Shown: piece by piece, positions 50,574-62,989 of the stretch
Layout: every line of letters starts with the position of its first letter
Position numbering within the stretch: position 1 is the first letter of the stretch
From: Squalus acanthias
Lineage: Eukaryota
Reading direction: 5' to 3'
DNA: 64,000 nucleotides
Assembly (NCBI GenBank): GCA_030390025.1
Contig: JASTWF010000034.1
Location: 1,488,001 to 1,552,000, forward strand
Translations under genes and position numbers: made by a program
Notes under the pieces: model-generated
Seen by the model: only the letters and a program-made list of their open reading frames with translations
Database searches by the model: none
What the model was told of the DNA's origin: nothing

Positions 50574-51740
50574 CTCCTTGTTTCTCTCTCTGTCTCTCTC
50601 TTTCTCCCCCGGTTTCTCTCTCTGTCACTCCCAGTTTCTCTCTCTGTCTCGCTCTCTCCTTTTATCTCTCTCTCTCTCTCTCTCCCAGTTTCACTCTCTC
50701 TCTCTCCCAGTTTCTCTCTCTCTCTCCCAGTTTCTCTCTCCCTATCCCAGTTTCTCTCTCTCCCAATCTCTCTCTCTGTCTCTCTTTCTCTCCCGGTTTA
50801 TCTCTCTCTCTCCCGGTTTATATCTCTCTCTCTCTCTCTCTCTCTCTGACTCTCTCTCTCTTTTCTTTTCTCTCCTTTTTTTTCTCTCTCTCTCTCCCGA
50901 TTTCTCTCTCTGTCTCTCTCTCTCTCTCCTGGTTTCTCTCTTTGTCTCTCTCCTTCTCTCCCGGTTTCTCTCTCTGTCTGTCCCAGTTTCTCTCTATGTC
51001 TCGCTCTCTCCTTTTATCTCTCCCTCTCTCTCCCGGTTTCTCTCTCTCTCTCTCCCAGTTTCTTCCTCTTTCATACTCTCTCTCTCTCTCCCAGTTTCTC
51101 CCTCTCTCTCCCAGTTATCTCTCCCGCTCCCTGTCAGTTTCTCTCTCTCGCTCCCAGTTTCTCTCTCTCTCCCAGTTTCTTCCTCTTTCATACTCTCTCT
51201 CTCTCTCCCAGTTTCTCCCTCTCTCTCCCAGTTATCTCTCCCGCTCCCTGTCAGTTTCTCTCTCTCGCTCCCAGTTTCTCTCTCTCTCTCCCAGTTTCTC
51301 TCTCTCTCCCAGTTTCTCTCTCTCTCTCCCAGTTTCTCTCTCTCCCAGTTTCTCTCTCTCGCTCCCAGTTTCTCTCTCTCGCTCCCAGTTTCTCTCTCTC
51401 CCTCTGTCTCTCTCTCTCTCTCCCAATTTCTCTCTCTCTCCCAATTTCTCTCTCTCGCTCCCAGTTTCACTCTCTCTCTCTCCCAGTTTCTCTCTCTCTC
51501 TCCCAGTAACTCTCTCTCTCCCAGTTTCTCTCTCTCTCCCAGTTCCTCTCTCTCTCCCAGTTTATATCTCTCTCCCTCTGTCTCTATCACTTTCTCCCAA
51601 TTTCTCTCTCTTTCGCTCCCAGTTTATCTCCCTGTCTCGCTCTCTCTCTCTCCCAGTTTCTCTCGCTCTGTCTCTCTCCCGGTTTCTATCTCTCCCTCTC
51701 CCAGTTTCTCTCTCTGTCTGTCTGTCTCTCTCCCAATTTC

Positions 51741-51774
<34 letters not shown>

Positions 51775-54700
51775 CCGGTTTATCTCTCTCTCTCCTGCTT
51801 TCTCTCTCTCTCTGTCTGTCTCTCTCTCTCTCTCTCTCCTGGTTTCTCTCTCTGTCTCTCTCTTTCTCCCCCGGTTTCTCTCTCTGTCTCTCCCAGTTTC
51901 TCTCTCTGTCTCGCTCTCTCCTTTTATCTCTCTCTCTCTCTCTCCCAGTTTCACTCTCTCTCTCTCCCAGTTTCTCTCTCTCTCCCAGTTACTCTCTCGC
52001 TACCAGTTTCTCTCTCTCCCTCTGTCTCTCTCTCTCCCAGTTTCTCTCGCTCTCTCTCCCAGTTTTTCCTCTCTCTCTCTCTCCCAGCTTCTCTCTACAC
52101 CTCTGTCTCGCTCTCTCTCTCCCAGTTTCTCTCTCTCTGTCTCTCTCCCGGTTTCTATCTTCCCTTCTCCCAGTTTCTCTCTCTGTCTGTCTTTCTCTCT
52201 CCCAATTTCTCTCACTGTCTCACTCTCTCTCTCCCGGTTTATCTCACTCTCTCCTTGTCTCTCTCTCTCTCTCTCTCAAGGTCTCTCTCTATCTCTCTCT
52301 CTCGGTTTCTCTCTCTCTCTCTCTCTCTCTCTCCTGCATTCTCTCCCTCTCTGTGTCTCTCTCTCTCTCCCTGTTCCTTTCTCTCTCTCTCTCTCTCTCT
52401 CCTTGTTTCTCTCTCTGTCTCTTTTCTGGTTTCACTCACTGTCTCTCTGTATCTCCCGGGTTTCTCTCTCTCTGTCTCTCTCTCTCTCTCGGTTTCTCTC
52501 TCTCTCTCTCCCAGTTTCTCTCTCTCTCTCTCCCAGTTTCTCTCTCCCTATCCCAGTTTCTCTCTCTCCCAATTTCTCTCTCTGTCTCTCTTTCTCTCCC
52601 GGTTTATATCTCTCTCTCCTGGTTCTCTCTCTCTCTCTCAAGGTCTCTCTCTCTCTCTCTCTCTGTTTCTCTCTCTTTCTCGCCTGCTTTCTCTCTCTCT
52701 CTCTCTCTGACTCTCTCTTTTTTTTTCTCTCCTTTTTTTTCTCTCTCTCTCTCCCGATTTCTCTCTCTGTCTCTCTCTCTCTCTCCTGGTTTCTCTCTTT
52801 GTCTCTCTCCTTCTCTCCCGGTTTCTCTCTCTGTCTGTCCCAGTTTCTCTCTCTGTCTCGCTCTCTCCTTTTATCTCTCCCTCTCTCTCCCGGTTTCTCT
52901 CTCTCTCTCCCAGTTTCTTCCTCTTTCATACTCTCTCTCTCTCTCCCAGTTTCTCCCTCTCTCTCCTAGTTATCTCTCCCGCTCCCTGTCAGTTTCTCTC
53001 TCTCGCTCCCAGTTTCTCTCTCTCTCTCCCAGTTTCTCTCTCTCTCCCAGTTTCTCTCTCTCGCTCCCAGTTTCTCTCTCTCTGTCTCTCTCCCGGTTTC
53101 TATCTTCCCTTCTCCCAGTTTCTCTCTCTGTCTGTCTCTCTCTCTCCCAATTTCTCTCACTGTCTCACTCTCTCTCTCCCGGTTTATCTCACTCTCTCCT
53201 TGTCTCTCTCTCTCTCTCTCTCAAGGTCTCTCTCTCTATCTCTCTCTCTCGGTTTCTCTCTCTCTCTCTCTCTCTCTCCTGCATTCTCTCCCTCTCTGTG
53301 TCTCTCTCTCTCTCCCTGTTCCTTTCTCTCTCTCTCTCTCTCTCTCCTTGTTTCTCTCTCTGTCTCTTTTCTGGTTTCACTCACTGTCTCTCTGTATCTC
53401 CCGGGTTTCTCTCTCTCTGTCTCTCTCTCTCTCTCTCGGTTTCTCTCTCTCTCTCTCCCAGTTTCTCTCTCTCTCTCTCCCAGTTTCTCTCTCCCTATCC
53501 CAGTTTCTCTCTCTCCCAATTTCTCTCTCTGTCTCTCTTTCTCTCCCGGTTTATATCTCTCTCTCCTGGTTTCTCTCTCTCTCTCTCAAGGTCTCTCTCT
53601 CTCTCTCTCTCTCTGTTTCTCTCTCTTTCTCGCCTGTTTTCTCTCTCTCTCTCTCTCTGACTCTCTCTTTTTTTTCTCTCCTTTTTTTTCTCTCTCTCTC
53701 TCCCGATTTCTCTCTCTGTCTCTCTCTCTCTCTCCTGGTTTCTCTCTTTGTCTCTCTCCTTCTCTCCCGGTTTCTCTCTCTGTCTGTCCCAGTTTCTCTC
53801 TCTGTCTCGCTCTCTCCTTTTATCTCTCCCTCTCTCTCCCGGTTTCTCTCTCTCTCTCCCAGTTTCTTCCTCTTTCATACTCTCTCTCTCTCTCCCAGTT
53901 TCTCCCTCTCTCTCCTAGTTATCTCTCCCGCTCCCTGTCAGTTTCTCTCTCTCTCTCCCAGTTTCTCTCTCTCTCCCAGTTTCTCTCTCTCGCTCCCAGT
54001 TTCTCTCTCTCTCTCCCAGTTTCTCTCTCTCGCTCCCAGTTTCTCTCTCTCTCTCCCAATTTCACTCTCTCTCTCAGTTTCTCGCTCTGTCTGTCTCTCT
54101 CTCTCTCAGGTTCTCCCGCTCTCTCCCAGTTTCTCGCTCCCTCTCCCAGTTTTTATCTCTCTCTCTTCCAGTTTCTCTCTCTCTCTCTCTCCCAGTTTCT
54201 CTCCCTCTCCCAGTTTCTCTCTCTGTCTCTCTCTCCCGGTTTCTATCTCTCACTCTCCCAGTTTCTCTCTCTGTCTGTCTCTCTCTCTCCCCCAATTTCT
54301 ATCTCTGTCTCGCTCTCTCTCTCTCCCGGTTTATCTTTCTCTCTCCCAGTTTCTCTCTCTCTCAAGGTCTCTCACTCTCTCTGTTTCTCTCTCTTTCTCG
54401 CCTGCTTTCTCTCTCTCTCTCTCTGTCTCTCTCTCGCTCCCTGTTCCTTTCTCTCTCTCTCTCTCTCTCTCAAGGTCTCTCTCTCCCTGTCTCGCTTTTT
54501 CTCTAACTCTCTCCTGCTTTTTTTCTCTCTTTATGTCTCTCTCTCTCTCCCTGTTCCTGTCTCTCTCTCTCCTTGTTTTTTTTCTCTCTCTCTCTCTCTT
54601 CTGGTTTCTCTCTCTCTGTCACTCTCTCTCTCTCTCTCCCGGTTTCTCTCTCTCTGTCTCTCTCTCTCTCTCTCCCGGTTTCTCTCTCTCTCCTGGTTTA

Positions 54701-56120
54701 TCTCTCTGAATGTCTCTTTCTCTCTACCGGTTTCTCTCTCTCTCCCAGTTTCTCTCTCTCCTGGTTTCCCTCTCTCTCTCAGTTTCTCCCGCTCTCTCCC
54801 AGTTTCTCTTTCCCTCTCCCAGTTTTTATCTGTCCCTCTCCCAGTTTCTCTCTCTCTCTCTCCCAGTTTCTCTCTCTCCCAGTTTCTCTCTCTCTCCCAG
54901 TTTCTCTCTCTCTCTCCCAGTTTCTCTCTCCCCCTCTCTCCCAATTCTCTCTCTCTCTCTCTCCCAGTTTCTCTCTCTCTCTCTCCCAGTTTTTCTATCT
55001 CTCTCCCAGCTTCTCTCTCCCCCTCCGTCTCTCTCTCTCTCTCTCTTTCTCCCGGTTTCTCTCTCTCTCGCTCCCAGTTTCACTCTCTGTCTCTCTCTCT
55101 CTCTAGCCCAGTTTCTTTCTCTCTTTCTCTCTCCCGATTTCTATCTCTCCCTCTCCCGGTTTCTCCCTCTGTCTCTCTCTCTCTCTCTCCCAATTTCTCT
55201 CTCTCTCCCAGTTTCTCTCTCTCGCTCCCAGTTTCACTCTCTCTCTCTCCCAGTTTCTCTCTCTCTCTCCCAGTTACTCTCTCTCTCCCAGTTTCTCTCT
55301 CTCTCTCCCAGTTACTCTCTCTCTACCAGTTTCTCTTTCTCCCTCTGTGTCTCTCTCTCCCAGTTTCTCTCGCTTTCTCTCCCAGTTTTTCCTCTCTCTC
55401 TCCCAGCTTTTCTCTACCCCTCTGTCTCGCTCTCTCTCTCCCAGTTTTTCTCTATCTGTCTCTCTCCCGGTTTCTATCTTCCCTTCTCCCAGTTTCTCTC
55501 TCTCTATATCTTTCTCTCTCCCAATTTCTCTCACTGTCTCACTCTCTCTCTCCTGGTTTATCTCACTCTCTCCTTGTTTCTCTCTCTCTCTCTCTCTCAA
55601 GGTCTATCTCTCTATCTCTCTCTCTCGGTTTCTCTCTCTCTCTCTCCTGCTTTATCTCCCTCTCTGTGTCTCTCTCTCTCCCTGTTCCTTTCTCTCTCTC
55701 TCTCTCTCTCTCCCTGTTTCTCTCTCTGTCTCTTTTCTGGTTTCACTCTCTGTCTCTCTGTATCTCCCGGTTTCTCTCTCTCTCTCTGTCTCTCTCTCGG
55801 TTTCTCTCTCTCTCTCTCTCTCCCAGTTTCTCTCTCTGTCTCTCTCTCTCTCCGGTTTATCTCTCTCTCTCCTGGTTTCTCTCTCTCTCTCTCAAGGTCT
55901 CTCTCTCTCTGTTTCTCTCTCTTTCTCGCCTGCTTTCTCTCTCTCTCTCTCTGACTCTCTCTCTCTCTCTTTTTCTCTCTCCTTCTTTCTCTCTCTCTCT
56001 CTCTCTTCTGGTTTCTCTCTCTCTGTCTCTCTCTCTTTCTCCTGGTTTCTCTCTTTGTCTCTCTCTTTCTCTCCCGGTTTCTCTGTCTCCCAGTTTCTCT
56101 CTCTGTCTCGCTCTCTCCTT

Positions 56121-56151
<31 letters not shown>

Positions 56152-56400
56152 CGGTTTCTCTCTCTCTCTCTCTCTTCCAGTTTCTTTCTCTTTCATTCTC
56201 TCTCTCTCTCTCTCCCAGTTTCTCCCTCTCTCTCCCAGTTATCTCTCCCTCTCCCTCTCCCTGCCAGTTTCTCTCTCTCGCTCCCAGTTTCACTCTCTCT
56301 CCCAATTTCTCTCTCTCGCTCCCAGTTTCTCTCTCTTGCTCCCAGTTTCTCTCTCTCTCTCTCTCTCCCAGTTTCTCTCTCTCCCTCTGTCTCTCTCTCA
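49055..56400. repeat. 7.3-kb polypyrimidine compound array, CCCAGTTT(CT)n units with kb-scale internal duplications
   Basis: Direct reading; marker strings such as CCTGCATTCTCTCC and CTTTCATACTC recur about 1 kb apart. Confidence 0.95.
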
Positions 56401-56677
56401 AGATCAACCTTCCCCTTTAAGAACTGGCAGGCGCCATTGTGTCTGTGTTCCATTGCTAACTGACATCTAATGAGTTCGACGGCACACTGAGGTAACGCCT
56501 CGCTCCTCGGCATTTGCACCTTAAGACAGCTGTGAAAAGCATGATTTAGCGCTCCAATCAATTCCAGGGGCGATAAAAGCCAAGTTTGCAATCAGAGGCG
56601 ATAATTAGCGCCAGGCGCTAATTTTTGCGCCCGGCCGATAATTGAGCCCCAAATGGTGCGGTACTGAATTTCTCCCG
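56401..56677 (+). mobile_element. Harbinger right-end fragment
   Basis: Collinear with 62248-62525 (CCCCTTTAAGAACTGG..GATAATTAGCGCCAGGCGCTAA..CCCCAAATGG..ATTTCT.CCC). Confidence 0.8.
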
Positions 56678-56679
56678 AT

Positions 56680-58315
56680 ACATTTTTAGTGCCCGAGCGC
56701 GGCTAATTTAGCACTGCTCGGGAAATTGACTAGTTGTTTTGCGCTGCCAATAAACACTACCACCACGATCTCCTGCGCCTGCAGATCATGACGTCAGTCG
56801 AGCGTGCAACGCCCCGGTAGCGCCCCAGACTGGATATTGAGTCGCGTCCCCTGCCTTAGTGCTTGCCACTAGGAACGACAGGTAGAAGGGAACGTTTTCA
56901 AGACGGGAGGGGCTGGGGGAGCACTAATTAAAGGCAGCCGCTTCCTGCCTTTTCTTGTCGGCACAATTTTTGGTACACGCATGTTGAGAGGGAAAGAGAC
57001 GCCTGGAGAGATTCGAAGCTGACCGAACAAGATTTGGGTCCTGAGCACCACTTTGGAGATTCATTTTTATGTCACCTTCCTTCTGACGATATTTAGAAGC
57101 TTCGATGGGGGCTGCACTAACTCGGGCCTCGTCGTCCAGCTTCACCTTCAGAGGCAGCAGAGGCGCAGAGTGAGAGTGGCAAACGTGGCCAGAAGGAGGA
57201 GGGCCATCAGGCCTCTGCACAGGAGACCTTACCCTCCCAGGGTATTCAGGAACCAATTCTCTTCCTATATCCATTTGACTGAGGAGCAGTGTTTCCAATG
57301 GCTGGGCTTCAGAAAGGAGGTGGTCACTGAGCTCTGCCGCCACCTGCAACCAGATCTGCAGCCTCAGCTCAGGACCAGGACATCTCTGTCGGTGGCAGTG
57401 AAGGTGACAGTGGCTCTGAATTTCTCAGTCAGCGGTTCCTTTCAGGCTTCTACTGGGGACACAGTGAATATCTCCTGTTTCCCTGTTCATTGTTGCATCC
57501 GGGAGGTGACAAATGCTTCGTAGAAGAGGAGACACCAGTACATCTCTTCCCATGACCTGGGACAAACAGGGTGAACGCACATGTGGTTTTGCGAGGATAG
57601 CGGGCTTCCCCATAGTTCAGGGCACCATTGACTACACGCATGTGGCGTTGCGGGCAACTCATGAGAATGCAGTTGTGTTCCGAAACCACAAGGGCTTCCA
57701 CTCTCTGAATGTGAAGTAGGTCTTTGAACACAGACAGCTCATACTCGCCGTCACTGCCCTATATTGTGGCAGTAGCCACGATACTTTTATCCTGCGCCAG
57801 ACAGGTGTCGTCAACATCTTCCAACACCGCATCAACCTAGTGGATGGTTCCTCGGGGAGTAAAGTTATCCACTCTGCACCTGGCTGATGACACCGCTCTG
57901 TAACCCCAACACTCCTGCAAAGCTCCAACACAATGAGAGCCATAGCGCCACCAGGAACCTCATTGAGCAGACGACGGGTGTCTTGAAACAACGGTACCGG
58001 TGTCTGGACCACTCAGGGGGAGCCCTGCAGTACTCTCCCGAGCGAGTCTCCCTCTTCATTTTTGTGTGCTGCATGCTTCCTAACATTGCAATCATGAGGA
58101 CCCAGCCATTGCCACCAGGGATTGGTGCACCACCTGAGGAGGAGGAGGAGGAGGAAGAGGGAGAGGAGGAGGATAAGGAGGATGAAGAGGAGGATCAGCA
58201 GCACCAACGTGGGAGGGAGGCGCACAATGTTGCCACTGCAAGCACCGTCCGTGAATGGCTCATAAGACACCGATTCTAACCCTTTACTGAGAAGATGGCT
58301 TCTGGGATGAAGAAG
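56680..58315 (+). mobile_element. Harbinger left end plus decayed HARBI1-like DDE transposase (~57105-58279)
   Basis: RRPYPPRVFR, LSVAVKVTVALNF, GFPIVQGTIDYTHV, FRNHKGFHSLNV, GSSHD and RNLIEQTTGVLKQRYRCLD, with stops and frameshifts. The upstream part resembles 61690-62095. Confidence 0.9.
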
Positions 58316-58317
58316 CA

Positions 58318-58705
58318 TAGAAGCATAGCATAGAAGATAGGAGCAGGATTAGGCCAATCGGCCCCTCGAGCCTGCTCCGCCATTTAATGAGATCATTGCT
58401 GATCATCCAAATTCAGTACCCTGTCCCTGCTTTCTCCCCATATCACTTGATCCCTTTAGCCTTAAGAAATGTATCTATCTCCTTCTTGAATCTCTTATGC
58501 GGGACCTTATCGAAAGCCTTCTGAAAGTCCAAATACACCACATCCACTGGTTCTCCCTGATCTATTCTACCAGTTACAGCTTCAAAAAATTCCAGTAGAT
58601 TAGTCAGGCATGATTTACCTTTTGTAAATCCATGTTGACGTTGACCGATCCTGTCACTGTTTTCCAAGTGCTCTGCTATTACATCTTTTATAATGGACTC
58701 TAGCA
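58318..58705 (-). mobile_element. CR1 RT segment fused to a CR1 3' end (inverted block)
   Basis: Minus ORF MLESIIKD..DKVPHKR|FKKEIDTFLKAKGIK skips ~1 kb of ORF2, then 3' UTR and tail. Confidence 0.9.
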
Positions 58706-59852
58706 TGTAAAGTTAAGGCACATGGGATTGGGAGCAAGGTATTGACTTCGATAGAGAACTGGTTGGCAGACAGAAAGCAAAGCGTTGGAATAAACGGGTC
58801 TTTTTTCCGAGTGGCAGGCAGTGACTAGTGTGGTACCGCAGGGATCGGTCCTTGGACCCCAGCTATTCACAATATATATGAATGATCTCGACAAGGGAAC
58901 TAGATTTAATATCTCCAAGTTTGCAGACGACACAAAACTGGGTGGGCGTCTGTGCTGCGAGGAGGATGCCGAGAAACTCCAGGATGATTTGGACAGGTTG
59001 GGTGATTGGGCAGGAGCGTGGCAGATGCAATATAACGTGGATAAATGCGAGGTTATCCACTTTGGTGTCAAAAACAGAAAGGCAGATTATTATCTGAATG
59101 GCAATAGATTGGGAAAAGGGGAAGTGCAACGAGACCTGGGTGTCCTTGTGCACCTGTCGCTGAAGGTAAGCATGCACGTGCAGCAGGCGGTTAAGAAGGC
59201 AAATGGTATGTTGGCCTTCATAGCGAGGGGGTTTGAGTACAGGAACAAGGATGTCTTGCTGCAGTTGTACAGGGCCTTGGTGAGACGACACCTTGAGTAC
59301 TGTGTGCAGTTTTGGTCGCCTTATCTGAGGAAGGATGTTCTTGCCATGGAAGGAGTTCAGCGAAGATTCTCAAGGCTGATACCTGGGATGGCAGGAATGA
59401 AGTATAAAGAGAGATTGGGTCGATTGGGTTTATACCCGCTGGAGTTTAGAAGAATGAGAGGGGATCTCATTGAAACTTATAAAATTCTGACAGGACAGAA
59501 CAAGCTAGATGCAGGAAGGATGTTCCCAATGGTCGGGGCGTCGAGAACCAGGGGTCAAAGTCTAAGGATAAGGGGTAAGCCATTTAGGACAGAAATGAGC
59601 AGGAATTTCTTCACCCAGAGAGTGGTGAACCTGTGGAATTCTCTGCCACAGAAGGCAGTAGAGGCCAATTCATTAAATAGATTCAAGAAGGAGTTGGGTA
59701 TATTTCTTAAGGATAAAGGGATCAAGGGATATGGGGAGAAAGCAGGGACAGGGTACTGAATTTGGATGATCAGCCATGATCGCATTGAATGGCGGAGCAG
59801 GTTAGGCGGTCAGAATGGCCTACTCCTGCTCCTATTTTCTATGATTCTATGA
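58701..59852 (+). mobile_element. CR1 3' portion, close relative of 40832-42990
   Basis: VPQGSVLGP and FADD through GYGEKAGTGY; (TTCTATGA)n tail. Confidence 0.95.
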
Positions 59853-59854
59853 TA

Positions 59855-60950
59855 CCAGCAACGCCCCCACCTCTCCCACCAATTGCGAGAACATTGGTCC
59901 CCGCTCTGTTGATATGCAACCTCGCCGACCTGTACAGGTCACAGCATCCCCAGGACCGGTCCCAATGTCCCAAGAATCTAAAGCATTCCCTTCTGCACCG
60001 TCTCTCCAGCCAAGCATTCATCTGCTCTATCGTTCTATTTCTGTACTGACTAGCTCGTGGCACCGGGAGTAATCCGGAGATTACAATCTTCGAAGTCCTG
60101 CTTTTTAATCTCGCTCCCAATTCCCTATATTTTGCCTGCAGGATCACATCCCTCTTTCTACCTATGTGGATGATACCAATATTGACCACGACTTCTGGCT
60201 GTTCACCCTGCCCACTCAGAATGTCCTGCAGCCACTCAGTGACATACTTTACCCTGGCGCCAGGGAGGCAACATACCATCCTGCAGTCACGTCTGCGACT
60301 GGAGAAAAGCCAGTCTGTTCCCTCACTATCTAATCCCCCACCACTATTGCTTTCCCAATCTTCCTCCTCCCCCCGCACCGCCCCCCCCCCCCCCCCCGCT
60401 ACAGCTGAGCCACCCGTGGCGCCGTGGACTTGGCTCTGGCTGTTCTCCCCAGAAGAGCAATTGAGTACCAGTTAGAGAGTGAGATGCACTCAGGGGACTC
60501 CTGCATTACCTGCCTGGTCCTCATTGTCTGTCTGACGGCCATTCATTCCCTCTCTGCCTGCGCTCTCTTAAACTGCGAGGTGACCACCTCCTGAAACGTA
60601 CTATTCACGGAGCTCTCAGCCTGACGGATGCACCGCAGTGACGCCAGCTGCTGCTCAAGCTCCGAAACCCATGGGAAGTGTCCTGGAGTTCCTACATGGC
60701 AGAAGATGTGCATTCCACGGGACTGATGTGCCCTGCCATGCCTCTTTTTAATAGACTATTAACTAACTTAACAGAATTAAACTCAGGACTTAAATTAATC
60801 AAAATCTACTAACCATTTATTTTATTTTCAGGGCATTCCCTTGTGCTGACGTCACTTACCTCGCACCTTGCTCTCCTCCCCGCTCCGGGTTCTGTGGCCT
60901 AACTTTATCTCCGGCCGCTCATCTCGCTCTCTCCTCCTTCTCCCTCTGCC
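59855..60950 (-). mobile_element. CR1 5' UTR and ORF1, decayed
   Basis: Minus RMVCCLPGARVK..LKSRTSKIVISGLLPVPRAS; ORF1 start near 60738; TGACGTCA at ~60847. Confidence 0.85.
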
Positions 60951-61167
60951 CATAATTGCTTATCTCTCCAAATTCACAACCTTAGCACTCTGTTTCTAAC
61001 CAGTCCTTTTAGGATCACTCTGTGCAGATCACTGAAAAAATGGATTTCCCCACTCTTGTTCTCTGATTTATTCCATACCAGTCCATCAGAATAAAAAAAA
61101 CATTAAACAAATGGTCCTCAACGGCAGGATCTGAGAGATTATCCCAATGATGGAACGATGGGACTCG

Positions 61168-61468
61168 CCTACATGACATTGCTCCCGCCTCAATCCAGGA
61201 ATTTCATTCCCAGGGCCGCCTAGTTTACATTGCTCCCGCCTCAATCCAGGAATTTCATTCCCAGGGCTGCCTAGATTACACTGTTCCCAACTCAATCCAG
61301 GTATTTCACACCCAGGGACACCTAGATTACACTGCTCCCAACTCAATCCAGGAATTTCACTCCCAGGGACACGTAGATTACACTGTCCCTGCCTCAGTCC
61401 AGGAATTTCATTCCCAGGGCCTCCTAGATTACACGGCTCCCGCCTCAGTCCAGGAATTTCATCCCCAG
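61168..61468. repeat. 51-bp tandem repeat, ~6 units
   Basis: CTCAATCCAGGAATTTCATTCCCAGGG..CCTAGATTACACTGCTCCC; period 51. Confidence 0.9.
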
Positions 61469-61625
61469 TTCATTTCTCTATTGCCTGAAACTAGAACAAG
61501 AATAAGAACAACATATTTAGAAAGAGTGATCTTGCCCAGACAAACATGTCATTGTGTTTGACCGAGGTAAAGTAAAATTAAAAGGAACAAAGGTTTGATA
61601 TCAAGGAATCAAAGGAAAACATTAA

Positions 61626-62525
61626 GGGGTAAAAATTCACTTGGTTGCGCCACCCGTTAGCGCCTTAAGAGGGCGCTAATGGGGCGCAAAGCCGCTAACG
61701 CCCGGGCGCAGCGATGTTTGCGCCGCTCGAGAACTTAACTTGAGATTGTGCGGCGGCGCTAAAACTTACCGCTGCGACCACCTGCGCGCGCAGATTGTGA
61801 CGTCATTCCATGGTGCAACGCCCTTGGGGCGCCCCGTAGCGGAAATTGAGTGGCGCCCCCTGCCTTACCGCCTGGCGCTTCCAACGACCAGAAGACTGGA
61901 ACGCTATCAATCGCTGTGGGGCTGGGGGGGGCGCTATTTAAAGGGGGCCTCTTCCTGTCTTTTATTGTGGTGGCATTTTTGAACTACGCATTCTGAGAGA
62001 GAGAGGGAGAGACTTCTGGAGAGATTCAACGTTGTGTGAAGGAGTTTTGGGTACTGAGCAGCACTTTGCAGGTTCATTTTGATTTGCCATTCCTTGTATC
62101 ATTGTATCGATTTAGCAGAGACCGTGGGAGCTGTACTCTGAGCTCTTTGCCTGGTGCTCTCCATTGTTCTTTCCAGCACATTTGATGTGCAAGTCTCTCC
62201 AGGCCGAGATTCAAGGCAGCAATGAACAGGATGTGGATGGAAAGCAAGATTAACCATCCCCTTTAAGAACTGGCCCGTGCCATTGTGTGTGTGTTCCATT
62301 GCTGACTGACATTACATGAGCTTCGCCAGCGCTCCGAGTTAGCGCCTCACTGCTCGGCCTTTGCGCCTTAAGAGAGGTGTGCAGCACCTGCTTTAGCGCT
62401 CCACTCACCTCCCGGGGCGGTAAAAGTGAAGTTTCCCGTCAGTGCCGATAATTAGCGCCAGGCGCTAATATTTGCGTCCGGACGATATTTGCGCCCCAAA
62501 TGGGGCGCGACCTGATTTCTACCCC
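61626..62525. mobile_element. Non-autonomous PIF/Harbinger element (900 bp)
   Basis: TIRs GGGGTAAAAAT / ATTTCTACCCC, TAA duplicated on both sides, GC-rich subterminal GCGCC motifs, no transposase. Confidence 0.9.
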
Positions 62526-62589
62526 TAAAACTATTAACCAATGACATAAATACCCTGTAAGGACCCAATACTCAATGAAACGCTCTGGA

Positions 62590-62985
62590 AACATTGAATT
62601 CTCACATAGTCATACTCACAGAATCATAACTATCAGTCAACATTCTCGAATCCTCCTTCACCATCCCAGGCTGTGTCCTGTTCCACTGGCAGCACAGGCC
62701 AACCAGAGGTGGGGGCACAGGGGTATACAGTCGCGTGGGTGAGCACCTGCGAATCCTCAACTTTGCCTAAGGATATAATGAAGTCTCATGACATCCAGTC
62801 AGACATGGGCAAGGTAACCTCCTGCCGATTAACAAATATCGCCATCCCTCAGCTGATGAATCGGCACATCTGAATGATGAACACTAGTTGATGGGAACAC
62901 CGAGAGCAGAAAGGGCACAAATTATGCTCTTGGTCGGGAGGAGGAAACGTCTATGTCCATCACCAAAAGTGGCTCGGAATTACCA
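62590..62985 (+). mobile_element. Decayed LINE endonuclease fragment (probably the 412-1220 family)
   Basis: IVILTES..TIPGCVLFHWQHRPTRGGGT. Confidence 0.55.
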
Positions 62986-62989
62986 TCAT

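Noticed and set aside
48950..56463. Very long Ser/Leu and Arg/Glu ORFs (up to 1205 aa)
   Set aside because: Artefacts of (CT)n sequence lacking stop codons.
57053..58279. Host HARBI1 gene
   Set aside because: Multiple stops and frameshifts plus transposon arms indicate a decayed transposase, not the domesticated gene.
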